From Epiperipatus broadwayi (lineage: Eukaryota; Animalia; Onychophora), in NCBI GenBank assembly GCA_028023455.1, contig JAQFVV010000001.1:2976001-3040000 (forward strand): a DNA stretch of 64,000 nucleotides, in the 5' to 3' direction. The translations under genes and the position numbers were made by a program. Under the pieces are notes generated by a model. The model was not told where the DNA came from and searched no databases. It was given only the letters and a program-made list of their open reading frames with translations. Below, in pieces: positions 24,901-38,689 of the stretch. Within the stretch, counting starts at the first letter, position 1. Every line of letters begins with the position of its first letter.

Positions 24901-26724
24901 GATTACATTCACAGCATTGTTGCATAGTTGCAAATATTTTTTATTCACTAGTCTGAATTGTGAGATTGTTTTAAGCAGTACTTTTCAAATACAATATTTT
25001 TCAAATGGATGAACATTTTCTACCTGTCACACAAGTAGCAAATTTTTTCATGTCAAATAAATGTCTTCAAATTAGAAAACAAATTTTATCTTATAATAAA
25101 CTACTGGTTAATAAAAAAACAGCAAAGCAATGATTAATATTCATTTGAATGCATGAAAATCTAATTTCTAAATGTAATTTGTATCAAAAGTCAATGCATC
25201 CAGGAAACTTACCTGGCAACAGCTCGATACAATATATATTCTTTTGATTAAATCTTAATGTCATTAATTTAATAAGTATATAGAGATGTCAATTTAATAT
25301 ATTTCAGTTCTTTATGCATTCCATCAAAAATATATGAAAATCTTAAAATATTTAAATACATTTATCTTAAAATGTACTATATAATATTGAAGAAAAGTCA
25401 TGGGAAACTTACTAATGTGTGGATATTTCAATATCCAATAAATAAAAAAGTGATTACTCTATTCAATGTATGTGAAGTAAAATTAATTTTAAATATAATT
25501 TGCTCTATTTCCTAGTGATATCATGTATAATACCAGCTAGATCCCATCAAAACACTTAGAATAAATAAACATTAATGCAAATAAACCTTATATTTACAAA
25601 ATATTATATATATAATTAGAAGAAAATTAAAGTATTTAATCTTAGAAAATAAGATCTCTAATTGTAGGTTTATCTTCCATTGGTGTGTGTATAATTTTTT
25701 TCATGTATCCTTAGCAAACATTGTCATTTATATGTGTGATCTTAACATAACATTTTTATGCACACATACATTTTGTTAGATTATCCGAAGTGATTATATT
25801 AGCTGTATGCTTATAATAAGTACATTTTCTAGAGTGTAATTAATGAGGGATAATTTTATTAATATGTTGTGTGACTAATTACATTAAATAAAATATCTTT
25901 ATTTACAATCAATTAAAATATGTACGTAAATTTATATATATCCACATATACTCTATTATAGCTATTACAATTCAACCTTTTCTCTCAATCTAGAAAATTA
26001 GTCACAAATATAATATTGCAGCCTTTGAGACTGTTGATGGTCTCTGACATGTCTCAGTGGAAGTACAGGCTTTTCTTTATCTTGAATTTTTTTCCTCGTT
26101 GAGATTGTTTTAACAATGAGGAGGGAGGGTTCATCACTGATATAATCACTGACTCATTAGACTGATTATTCATTTCAGCTAAATCAATTTCATTTGCTTA
26201 TTATTTGATGACTATATTTTGCAGTTCTTGTTATGTGTCTGTGCCCTCATCTTCTTTTGTTAGATTATGTTGTCTATCAAACACATATTTTTACTGGCTT
26301 CTACATGTATTCTCATTTAGTTTCTATTATACAATCTTAATTATTTTGATATAATGTTTATTATTGTTCTGGGAAGCAATGAATATTTTATACCCATACA
26401 GTGTTATCAACTTTGGATTTTTCACTGTAAAAATGGTCTTGTTTGGTCATATTCTTATTAGGCACTAACACTGAAATATGTGTTCAAAAACTTTCTACAC
26501 ATTAGTATTTCAGTAGCATTATTTTAGTAGACTGCAAAAAAAATGAAATGCTGACAAAAACATTGCATTTGTCAAAGCTTCATTGATATCTTTATAATTC
26601 CAAAAGATTTTAATTTTTTTTCAAAAAAATAATGTAATCCAATAAATGATATGTAACAAAGTGAATCCTAAGAAAATTTTGTTTAATGCTTTGAAAACAT
26701 ATATACGATGACATCTAAACAGTA

Positions 26725-26765
26725 TGCTGAGGATGCTTTCAACTAACTGATAGTCAATTGTAGCA
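26725..26765 (-). ncRNA. Family D hammerhead-like motif, dead copy (core partly deleted)
   Basis: tgct acaat t gacta tcagt tagtt GAAA gcatcc TC agca. Confidence 0.4.
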
Positions 26766-27939
26766 ATGAGATCCAAGAGGATTATAAGCTTTATAGAACT
26801 GGTGTTTTACAGAAGTAGTGATTTACATAAATTTGAATAATAAATTAATTTAATTATATAAACCATTTTTTAGACAGGGGACACAAATTTCTTTCTTGTA
26901 ATGATATTCATATTATTGACAAAATGCCAGGCCTCCTTAATTTTGTGTTTAGCATCATTTCTCTCAGAACAGGTAATACTGGCAGACATAGGTTTAAAAA
27001 TGTGACCTTGCTTGGTTTCATGTTCAAAAAATATGGAGTAATATCTGTATTAGTTTTGGCTCTATTGTATTGGTATCTATGTTATGCAACTCTTGTGAAA
27101 AGATTGGCCTGAGATTCACCAAAATAAAAGGTGTTGCAGTTTTTGTTGTTACATCTAATTTTATACACAACTTGGAACACCAGATTTGGGGATATCTTGT
27201 CTTTAGTGTTATTAATCAAGTGGTTTGTGGTTAAGTGTGTGTGCGGAGACTAATATTATATGTTTCTGTACAGATTTTACTTAGACTGTGGATTGCACTG
27301 GTATGCAGGTTAAAGATATCCAAGATGTTTGGTCAGCTAGCATAGATCTGTTCCTGATTTTGGCATAGAATGTTTTAACAATGTGAATGAGCACTGAAGA
27401 TTTGTATCTCACATTGTATAAATCTTTAAGGTATGTTTCAATATTAGTTTTATAGTTGGATTCAAATTTACATAGATTATAATTTATATATAAAAATTAT
27501 TTGAGAGCAGCAAATTTGTGAGTGGTAGGCATTAATGATTCAGGGTATCACACATGGACATGCTTAAACATTATTTTGTAATTTAATTGACAGACTTCAC
27601 ACTGAATATATAAGTCCAGAAATTTTTATCCTTTTAGATTATCTCATTTTCTATAGTCCATTGTAATGAAGAGTTATGCTGTATTTTATTGATTTGTGCC
27701 TCTGGCACAAATAAGGATATCATTCACATATCACATGTATAGCAGGCCTAGAATTTGATTAAAGTACTTAGGAAGAACTCATTCAAATTTATTTAATGCC
27801 AATAATATAAATGTCATTAACAAGAGAGGATTCTGTGCCCCCGGTCTAAAAAATGCCTTATCTAAATAAATTGATTTATTATTCAAATTTTATGTAAATC
27901 ATTACTTCTATCACACTCATAATCCTCTTGCACACACAT

Positions 27940-27982
27940 TGCTATGATTATGACTACCAGTTAGCTGAAAGCATGCTCAGCA
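27940..27982 (+). ncRNA. Family D hammerhead-like motif with A3:U8 core in a Penelope pLTR
   Basis: tgct ATGATTA t gacta ccagt tagct GAAA gcatgc TC agca. Stem III is the palindrome AGCATGCT and stem I is TGCT/AGCA. Confidence 0.55.
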
Positions 27983-28250
27983 TACTATTTAGATGTATCA
28001 AGCACGTATGTTTTCAAAGCATTAAAGAAAATTCAAGGAAGCTGCTCATATGACAATGGTAAATAATGCTATAAGTCAACCCAGTGTGGCAATGAACATT
28101 GTATAGAAGCCTCTAATTAATCTTGCTCTTAGGAAAAAAAAACTAATTAGCCTTGCTAAAAATATATATATAAATTGAAGGACTCAGGAGGATTTGAATC
28201 AACTCTTATATATAAATATATCAAATTTCTACTATATGTTGCTTTTGACA

Positions 28251-28320
28251 GACTAGCTCAGTTGGTAGAGCATTTGCCTTAAATTCGATATTCAAGAATC
28301 TAAAGATGTGAGTTCAACTT
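28251..28320 (+). mobile_element. tRNA-derived SINE head fragment
   Basis: A-box-like tagctcagttggtagagca and B-box-like gagttcaa; no complete cloverleaf. Confidence 0.5.
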
Positions 28321-31300
28321 CTAAACAAATATTGTCACTGTGCATATAGGCAGGCAACACCTAAAGAAGAGTGGAGAATAATACTACTCGAAACATTGTG
28401 TAATTACTAACCTGTATTGTCTACTTGTGTGGTATTACTAACAAGTAGTTTGTATTTGGAAAGTTTAAATAAAGTTTAAAATTTTTTATACATTCAACAT
28501 TCACTCATATTACAAACCTTCAGACAAATATAAAATATATTAGGCTTTACAGTAAATCTGTCACTATGCAGTCTCCTTTCAATGATTGATCTGCTCTTCC
28601 AAAACACTTGTAACTAAACCTGTTTTATTAAACTTTGTTTCTCTTAAATCCTGATGACTTCTTAGCCATCATTGCTATCCTTCATTCTTGTCTTGTAGAG
28701 TTTGCATCAGATAAAGTTTAAACATTTAATGTATTTATATTTTTTTAAAAAAGAGGTATAATATTTGTCCTTTGGTATTACCATTTCCTTCTGCTTTATG
28801 ATTAATATCTGACAACATAATTTCTATCACTTTATTGAGTAATTATCCAAGCATGATACATGATATCCTAACCAGATTGTATAAAATACTTTCTGGATTA
28901 TCTCTATTTCCATAATAAGCATGAAGGTGGGGTCCTAAAAAAGATCTGATTAATTATATAATCTTTGTCAAGCTGAAATTCCTTTTCCAAATCCAGCTAC
29001 AACCAGACAAACAAAGATCACAATTAAAGATTGATCTTTTACTAAATCTTCCCTTTATTGTTGCTTTCTTAATTGTCAAGGGCTTGAATCAAAAAAAAAA
29101 AATGAAAAAAAGATTGGAGTCAGAATTGATATGTGTGTGGTTAAAGGATGGGAATATGGTTGCACAAATATGAGATCATTTTACAATTAGTATAAAGAGA
29201 TGAACAATAGCATAAAAACCCATGATGACTAAGACCCTATAATCACTTGTTACTGGAAGCATTGTTTGTATCAGAAACATTTCCTGATCTTTGATGCATC
29301 AATCAATATTTTATTGCACAAGTCACTGACAGATACTTTTGGTCCAAGCATTGTTTATTTGTTATTTACAATTAAATCATATCGTATCATTCTAGTACCC
29401 ACAATCTGTGAAGTCCTTCAATAGTCTGAGCATAACAGCCAATTTTTACATTATTAATACTTTTAATAGTAATAGCAGTTGTTATTAACAAGGTTTATCA
29501 GATGTCTTAAAATTAGTTTCAGCATAGTATTATATGGCTAATGTAGTAACAAAAAATTATCATAGTGATTAGATTATTAATTAGCTTAATTTATAATCAA
29601 TTACAAAATTAAAAATAGCATAATAAGTTTCTCAACGTGATGTTACAACAGCCTATGAAATAATACTTTGTTATGTTCCTTTTTAATTCTAATCTTATTT
29701 TAAAATCTTTTTAAAATACATAAACTTTTAAAAGGATTTTTAAGACCAAGGTTATCAAACTTAATTCTCTCCATTTGTAGTAGAAATATACCATTAATTT
29801 TATTGCCACTTATTTTATAAAATAAAATATCATAAAAGGTTTTTTTAAAAAAAAGAGAGAATGTAAATTTTAATACTTATATCAACAATTCTTTATAAGT
29901 CATAATATTCCAGCATAAAGTTTCATAGCCTTTTAAGTCCCATTTACTTCGTCAAAATAAGATTTTTATTTTTGTAAAATATTCTACTCGATAATGTAAA
30001 AACATTTTTTTAGTTTAATTTTTATTAGAATTTGAACGTTATCATTAATATCTAAAAATATATTTGTCCATATTTTGCTATCACTCTATTACTAATTACA
30101 AAGTATACTTAATTAATAAATAATTCATTAGCACATTACTTTTTAATTTAATCCTGACTTGAAGTATTTTTAAAATTTATTTGTTTTTAAATATGAAAAA
30201 AGTTTTCAGAACTGTAGGCAAACTAAAAATTGGAATCTCAAGTAAAGTAAGCTCTGATCTTTAGTATATTGAAAAGTAAGAAATTTTAATCAAAGGCAAT
30301 TTTTTATTTCAGTTTTTAAAATATAATTTAAAATGAAAAAAAATTATCAAAATAGTTTTCTTTCTATAAAAATTACACACAACATCAAACAAGTACATTT
30401 ACAATAACCAATATTAATATCAATAATTCTGTGCTAATAGACTTAAGTTAGCAATTTTCTTAAATTAAAAATAATTCAATAATATCAACTAATATTGGAT
30501 ACTTTTTGGGATTTATTATTCTTAACTTATTTGAAAAAAAAATCATAAGGCTGATTGAAATATGAAAAAAATCTTCAACTTTTATCTAACAAAAATAAAT
30601 TTTCATAGTATTAAGCATCAGTAATATGGAATATGTAGGTATATTTATAATAAGAAAAAAAAAAAAATGATTTTTTGATATGAAAGTAACTTTATATCAG
30701 TTAATTTTGATATAAATTTGTTTGTTGTTGTTTTTTTACCCATGTTCGCCTTTGTCTACAACAAGTAATAAATATTTTTTTTTTGCTATATGTGAATTTT
30801 TTTATTGTTATTGCATTTATTTATTTTCATTATGTAGATATTTAGGATTTAAATTTTATACAGTCTTCTGACTGTCATGAAAGTTTAAAAGTTTCATAAT
30901 TTTGTCTGATTAGTAAATGTTGCTTAGTTATAATGAGCTCAATTAATGATATTCTATAAATATTTTCAAAAAAGTATTAGTGCGTGGAAATATTATTTTA
31001 AAATTTGTTTTAATTATCACATTTTAAAATACACAATTTTAAACAAAATACTTTTACTCAAACTTTAAAATAAAACAAATTCAGATAGTAAGTAGAATAT
31101 TATTAGAAATAATTACAATGGAATGATTTTTTTGTAGATAAGAAGTTAGAGATATTTATGAAATATCTTGACTGACTGAAAAAGTAAAAGATATTTTTTT
31201 ACTTAATTTTATTGTAAGAGTTCATAGAAAGAATAGATTTCACTTATGTTTAACTCAAATTTTTTAAAATGTATAATTTTTTTTATTAGGATGAAACATA

Positions 31301-33589
31301 ATATATTACATTTAAATAGTTGATTAAAAATTAATACTGTTAATCAGAAAAAATACTAACTTATATAAAGTTAATATAAAGCAAGTGAAATTTCCTGTTT
31401 GTGGTTACTGATGCTTGGTCTTGGTATGGTCAATGAAGAGAGATATTCTGAAACTAGTCCTGTGCATCTTGTATTGTCATAGTTTACAAGCAGAATTTTG
31501 CTATCATATAGTATATTGTATTACATTTAAATAATCAGCTAATGGGATATTTTTAAATGATCAACATTCATAATATAATAATATTAAATGATTTTTAGAA
31601 ATAAACATTTTCATTATAAATTTAAAATAATTTATATTTTGTTCAATCTGTGTTCATTGGTTAGTGTTTTTCCCCTAGTATTGTATATGTACTTTGTTTT
31701 CTTTTTTCCAATTCTCTCTTATCCCTTGACAATAAAGAGTTGATCAGTATCAGATTCACCATAAAATTTTCTCACTGATAGTAAGGAAGATACTGTACAT
31801 CTACAAGCATTTGTTAATTTTATTCTTTTTTAATAATGGAAACCTTATCTTCTTATTGTCTCATACTAACAAGGGTTGGGAGTATTATGCATTAAAGTTA
31901 AAAAATGTAATGCTTTTCATTTATACTATGCAAAGAAATGATAGAAATTATATATTATGAAATCTATGAACTTCGAAAGCTCTTAGCGTATATAAACATA
32001 TAAACAAAATTAAACTTCTCTAACAAGCATGTTAGCCCAGAAGTATTAATATTATATTATGAGGTTGAAATGGAATATAAAAATAATTGTGTAATTCTGT
32101 TAGAAAATTGTAACGTTGTAGTGTGACAAAGAAGAGATGATAAAATTTTGAAGACCTATAGATTATGAGTAAAGAATTAGAAAAAGGATTTTTTTAAAAA
32201 GAGAATATAATATATGGTTTAAAGGTTTAGAAAATAAGAATTTACATTTCGCAAGTTCTAGGTGGTGAGAATATGTTTGAGTTAAATTATTAATTAATTA
32301 ATTTAATTATAAACTAAGGATGCATATATTTATCCACAAATTTTGATCACAAATCAATAGTGACAAAATTGAGATTTTTTTTTTTTTTAAATTATAAATA
32401 AACTCAAGTAGGATAAAAAAAATGTTGCTGATGATAAATGAAAAAGATTACTTAAAATCTGTTGAGTCAGAAACATAATTAAATATATATAGTAGAAATA
32501 ATAATGTGATTTTAATATCTGTGGGAATTAAGTAAGCATAACCTAAAAGAGAAGTGTTGGAGAGTAGATTATGAAAAGATAAAAATACAAAATAGAAATT
32601 AGTTTCACATCAATATAATGAATGAAATAGTAAAATGATTAACTAATAAAAAACTTAAAATATTTATATGCAATTTTACAGTATATTTCAACATAAAACA
32701 GAAAAAGTTATTCAGGAAATAGATGAAATATGAAAAAAAATGTTTGATTTAACATATATGTTAACAAAAGACAATTTGAATGAGAAAGGAAGAATCATAG
32801 AATAAAGAATTATTTGAAGAAAAAATAGTATCTTAGTAGGAATTATAATGAATGTATAAAAATGTTGGGAACAATATATGTGATTTACATGTTGGACATA
32901 ATAAGTAATGTGATTAGACTGTGATTCACTGATCTAAATCTTTTTACCATCAATAATTGACATAATAAATAAATTTCATTATAACTAAAAATTAAATAGA
33001 TTTCTACAAAAATTTACTTATTTCCACTATTCACAATGCGTCATTCAATTTAATTATTTTACTGCTTTGATTATCTAGCAGACTTTTTTTTAGAACAATA
33101 ACTATAATTGCATTACACTATTTTTTACACAAACCTACAACAACATTACTTTGAGATAGATATCTACACACACATATTTAAATGCTTACTAATATTTATA
33201 TTTTTATACATGTACTATTTGCGTGCACAACTTTGCAAAGAAGTTGAAAAAAAAAAAAAGAATTCAAAAATAGCAATTTCTTAATAAAACAATAGAGAAC
33301 AATTTAAATAATAGAAGGAAAAAACTAGAATACATAATAAAATTTAAAATAAAATATTAGATATATGCAACCTATTCATTTGAGGGACCTTTGTATGAGG
33401 ATTACCTATAGCAATCATCAATTTATACCCATTGCTTTAATTAACAATCAACTATTTGCTATAGCTATTTTTTTTTTAAAAAAATCATTTTCTTTAAAGG
33501 TTTTTTTAATGTCTACCATTTTATAATATTATTGATGCCATAGGATACTGACAATCACAATGTCCTATACAAGATTTATTCATTGTGCA

Positions 33590-34425
33590 ATTAAAAATCC
33601 TGTGTGGTTTGGTGGATCAGGAGGTCCCAGGATTGATTCTGGTGTTTGCAGTTCTGGGGTTAGTAATTTTACCCTCCATGGTTTTGTGCAGTTGGTAGAG
33701 CATCCAACTTGGGATTGGGATATCACAGGATTGATTCTGGTACTTACAGTTCTGGCATTTAAATTTCTTATGAACTACCAAGCAATAAAGCCATTTGAGT
33801 TTTTTGCCTTGGTTAGTTTGGTATAAATTGGTAGAGTAACTGACTTGGAGATTGGGAGGTTCCAGGATAAATTCTGGTGCTGAAGCTTCTTATGAACTCT
33901 GGAGCAATAAAGTCAGATGCATTTTTACCTTGTGCAGTTTGGCATGGTCGTGGAGCATCCAATTTGGGATCAAGAGGTCCCATGATCAATTCTGGTGTTC
34001 ATAGTTTTGGCATTCAAACTTCTTATGAACTCCAGAACAATAAACCCATTAGTAATTCATCCTGCATGGTTTGGCATGGTTGGTTGAACATTTGACTTGG
34101 GGATTTGGAAGTTCCAGGAATGGTTATGGTTCTCATAGTTCTGGTACTTGAACTTCTTATGAACTTTTGAGCAAGAAAACCATATGTATTTTTTATTCTG
34201 TGAAGTTTGGCATAGTTGGTAGAGCTTCCAACTTGGAATCAGGATTCTATGACATAGTTCTGGTGGTCAAACTTCTATCCTGAGAAATAAAACTTAGTAT
34301 TTTTGTTCTGAATAGTTTGGCATAGTTCATAGAGCATCTTACTTGGGATCAGGAGGTCCCAAGGTCAATTCTGGTGCTCACAGGTCTGTTGAACTTCTTA
34401 TGAATTCCTGAACAATAAAACCATA
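33590..34425 (+). repeat. Decayed tandem array (about 7 units, about 118-134 bp period) of tRNA-like units with a TGG anticodon position
   Basis: Unit consensus TGGCATAGTTGGTAGAGCATCCRACTTGGGATCAGGAGGTCCCAGGATCAATTCTGGTGCTCACA, plus a tail with cttatgaac (33767, 33889, 34022, about 34397; cttatgaat variant at the last), AATAAA and a T-run. Confidence 0.75.
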
Positions 34426-35264
34426 TGCCCTTTATTTTTTATAAAGTGAAATTATAGTTAATAGAAAATAGCATTTATATGCAATCTGAAATATGATTTC
34501 TGACATATTAAAAGTAAAAATGTTTTCATTATGAATGTAAATAATTTTAACTAAAAAATACATATTTTAATCAATATTTTTACTATATCAGAGTTAAATT
34601 GAACTAAAAATAATTTGAAAAATGTGTATATTGCATAGAAAAATAATTTTTATTTAACTAATTTCTATTTAATAATTTTTTTGTATAAAAATGTTAATTT
34701 CCCTCAAGCAAATATGCTTACCATTTTAAGTATAAATAATTTTGGCAGGAAAAATATTTAATCATGTATTTTATTAAATTGTGGCAATCAATTGTATAAT
34801 ATATTTTATGATCTAGTTTTTAATTATTATTTTTCAGTACTGAAAAAAAATTCAAATATTTATTGATTAGATAATTACAAAAAAAAATATATTGACAATA
34901 GAACATAAAGTGCATCAAAAATAAATTTAAATATGTACAACCTTGTTCAATGTATCAAATTAAAAAAACTGTGATTGTAAAGTTATTAATTTAAATGAAA
35001 AACATTGCAGCAATTGAAAGGTACTTATTACACACAATATTTAAACACAAACTAAGCTTACTAAAATGTTAGATTTATTTTATGGGATTAAAAATTCAAT
35101 TTTAGTTTTCACTATAATAAAACTTTTTTTGCATAGTATAATTTATAAACATTATATGCACTAAATTAATTTTATATGTATTATTATACTTATATATTTG
35201 AATTTATATTGTAGTGTTATTGTTCAATGTTTGTTCTTAGCTATAAGTCTATAATGGATGCTCT

Positions 35265-35267
<3 letters not shown>

Positions 35268-35357
<90 letters not shown>
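35268..35357. repeat. (TA)n microsatellite
   Basis: Directly visible. Confidence 0.98.
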
Positions 35358-35360
<3 letters not shown>

Positions 35361-35989
35361 TGCAAACTACAATAAGTCAATAATATAATGAATGACATTA
35401 TGCAATCAATTCATTTATTATGGTAGAGTGCATTGTATTATAGTCATAAAAAGAAAGTCCATAGAAACTGATAACAAAGGAAGACATATAAAAAATAAAT
35501 AAATTAAAATTTTAACTATGCAAATTAGTTTATTACAAGCTAAATAGTCAATGTGCTCACTTATATAAATATGAGTGTTAAAATTGAAAAGTATAAAAGA
35601 ACATCACAAAATAAAAATTAAAAGGACTGAAGTTTTGTCTAGAAAATTTGATAGCTTTAATCATATATCCATTAATAAAGTAGATGTTCTAGAATTTTAT
35701 TATCAGAAATGTTTATTTTTGAAATACAGTTCTTTTAGAATCATAATTATCCCATTTTTGTTTATCTGACAAATAGGTTTATTCACAGTAAGGTGAACCA
35801 TTTTTTAGCATTAATATAAAATTCAAAAAGTAAACTCAGCATTATAAATATATTTTTCTCACTTTGTTATTTTTAATACAAAAATAACGGGTAAAAATCT
35901 CTAATAATTTAGATTTTATTTTTCACATTAAGACAAGGAGAAAAAGTCCTTTCCAAATGACAAATGGAAAACCTATTGACCATCAAATT

Positions 35990-37900
35990 TTTAAATATTT
36001 TTTTTTTAGTGATCATATTGAAGTATTTATTTCTCAATATATTTATTAAAGCTTTATATATACATTGATGTTTATTGACTGGTCTGCTGAATCTTGAGGT
36101 CTATACTATGTCAGTGTACTATTTGGTACTTCCTTAATCTTCTAAGTCAATCTTTATTTATGAGACTCCATGTATCTTTGTGTTTAATAATACACATCAT
36201 AATTAGATCTCTCTTTATGAATTCCTTTAATTTGTTGCTAATAAAAATTTTCTTCATTTTCATGTGGGTGGTTGAAGATTTTGTTGCATCTCACCAACCA
36301 TATTGCCATTATTGGGTAGATAGCCTAATAGTCATGAAATGATTAGATTGGATTCTTTGTTTTAATGATGTAATAATATGCTTTAATGTTTTTATAGATG
36401 TATTGTTTTGTTATTAGTAGTTCATGACAGTTCTCAATGAAACGATTAAATGTCTCTTTTGTTCTTTCGCAATTGGGGCACATTGGGTTGATTTTAGATA
36501 TGCCCCTTTTATAGTGTAGGAGCCAATTTGTGGGCATGGCATCCATATTTATTTTTAAGGTAAGGTCTAAATATTTTGGTTCCATTTCCTAATATTTGAA
36601 GACTTTTTTAATTTTATGGTTTGTTAATCCCAGCTTCCCTGGTATTATTTTTGATTGTGGATGCATAAGTTCATAGGCAACCCAGATTTTGAGTTTTGAT
36701 TTAAATGCTTACTTTGTTAGTGTTTCATATTGTTTTAATTTTCCTTTTATGATGTTTAAACAATTGTATTTCTTTGGTGGGGGTCTTTCCATTGGGATGA
36801 CTAGCTTGATGATGTTCTCATATTTAAGGTGAATTAAAAGTTAATGGACTAGATTGTGAATCTTTTGTATAAAGCAGGCTTGGATCGAATTAAAGGTCAT
36901 TCATTTTCCTAGGCTTTTGCATTGTTTTTATTCTTAGAACTACAACCCTGCCCTTCCAGAAGAGTCTGCCTGAAAGTGAATTTATTTTATTAATAAATTT
37001 GTTAGTTATGTTGATAATAGGTAGGAAATAGCTTATTTTTGACATAATTTTTATGTTGAGGATGACAACCTTTCCTTGTAGAGAAAGGTAGACTGTGGCA
37101 AGTTTTTGAATGAGGGATTTCATGGCCTGAATTATGTTGTTTTGAATCTCATTCATCAATTAAGTTGGAGTTTTTGAGATGGCAAAGCCCAAAAATTTTT
37201 GTGGCTCTGATTCAAATTTGGAGCGTATTTTTTCCCCAGTTTTTATCTTCCATGATGCTGATTTGGCTGTGTTTATTTTTAGTCCTGAGTCTTGTGAGTA
37301 CTTGTCCAAAATATTATATAATTTTGATAAGTATTTGGCAGATGGCAATAAAATCATCATGTGATCCATATAGGCCACGGCCTTAATGCATTTTTTAGCC
37401 CATGGACATAAATTCCAGGGAGCTTGAGCTCTATGTTTTTGAATAGTGGGTTTATGTAAACCATAAATATTAGTGCACTGAGGGGTGATCATTGGGGGAT
37501 ATATAAGTCAGGTTGAAAGGATTGGGAAATTTTGCCATTTAAGATAATGGCAATCTCTCGATTGTTCAGAAGATTGTGGGTTGTTTGTAATATTGGGTTT
37601 GGGACTGAGAATTCTGTAAGTCTATCAATCAATTTATTGAGATTGCTTGAGTCAAAGTCACAGCTATATCCAGTTGGACTGCTATTGACCCAGATCTGCA
37701 GTTAATTCTTATCTCCACTACAATCAGAATCCTTTTTTGGCATATTGTGCTGGCAGTAGTTGTGATAGGATGTCTTGTATTGTATTATTAATCACTGACT
37801 CCATTATTTTGATGAGTAATCGAGTCATAGATATTGACCTGATATTTTCTGTTTTGTTTATTTTCATGTTTTTTTTAAATAAATGGTACTAAGCCTATAG
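35990..37900 (-). mobile_element. 5'-truncated decayed L1/Tx1-like LINE (RT to C-terminal finger)
   Basis: NIRSISMTRLLIKIMESVIN...QYAKKGF (about 37850-37735), AVAYMDHM...SGLKINTAKS (37160-37492), LSLQGKVVIL...FWKG (36890-37159) and CPNCERTKETFNRFIENC (36343-36585). Confidence 0.8.
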
Positions 37901-38630
37901 GATATAGACCTGGAATTATTATTTTTTCCCTTGTGCCAGATGCATTAGCATTTTATAAATGATTGGTACTGAGAATTGGCTTAGATGAGCCAATAGGAAT
38001 CTTGGGATTCTGTGTAATCTAGTATGGATATGATCAGGCATTGTTTGTAGTTTAGCTAGTATTGTACCTTGAGATATGCTGTGGTTGTGAAGTAATTGAA
38101 ACTCTCTCTCTTTCTTGAATAATAAAGAGCTAGCATAAATATCAACACAAGATAATGAAATTAAAAAAGACAATTTATTAAATTGAAATTTTTTATTTAT
38201 AAAAAGGTTATACATGATCATTCTCACTTTTTGAAAACCAGAGGAAAATATACACATTGAACCCATTATTTTAAAACCAAAATTGCATAAATTTATATAT
38301 AACAGTAAAATATATAAAGGCTAGTATAAGATTTTTTTAAAGTAAAACAAATGAACCATAAATGTTATGTGAATGTAAATAACATGTAATTTACAAATAT
38401 ATTTATTTAACTAATATATATGCTATAAGCCAGGTATAAAATCAAATGAGAAACTATATATATATATAAAAATTCAAGCTTTTTAAAAGCAAGGTCACAT
38501 TATATATGACTTGCTTTATTGATTTTATACATATATATATATATATATATATATATCCAATTTATTAAAGTTTGAAGATTTGTTATATTAATATAAACTG
38601 AGCAGTGATTGTATATATGTGTTGGAGAGA

Positions 38631-38689
38631 GTGATCTGGACCAACTGATGAGTGCTGGTTCAGCATGAAATATGCATATTGGATATCAT
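38631..38689 (+). ncRNA. Type I hammerhead ribozyme, family B copy 2 (predicted cleavage after AUA at 38678)
   Basis: gtgat ctgga ccaa CTGATGA gtgctg gtt cagcat GAAA tatgca TA ttgg at atcat. Stem II has 6 bp; stem I is ccaa/ttgg plus outer gtgat/atcat. Confidence 0.7.

Larger units (their letters stand above)
26675..28035 (-). mobile_element. Penelope-like element remnant: GIY-YIG end plus pLTR on minus, with an inverted second pLTR copy (about 27790-28035)
   Basis: 27171-27112 minus gives VVYKIRCNNKNCNTFYFGES, followed by NLFTRVA*H and CSERNDAKHKIKEAWHF; upstream linker WISL..IP and NNTKDKI. 26675-26920 and 27790-28035 are inverted homologues. Confidence 0.85.

Noticed and set aside
33590-34425. 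Repeat-spacer appearance suggesting CRISPR
   Set aside because: Units are homologous along their whole length with no unique spacers, are tRNA-like, have no cas genes nearby, and sit in a eukaryotic context.
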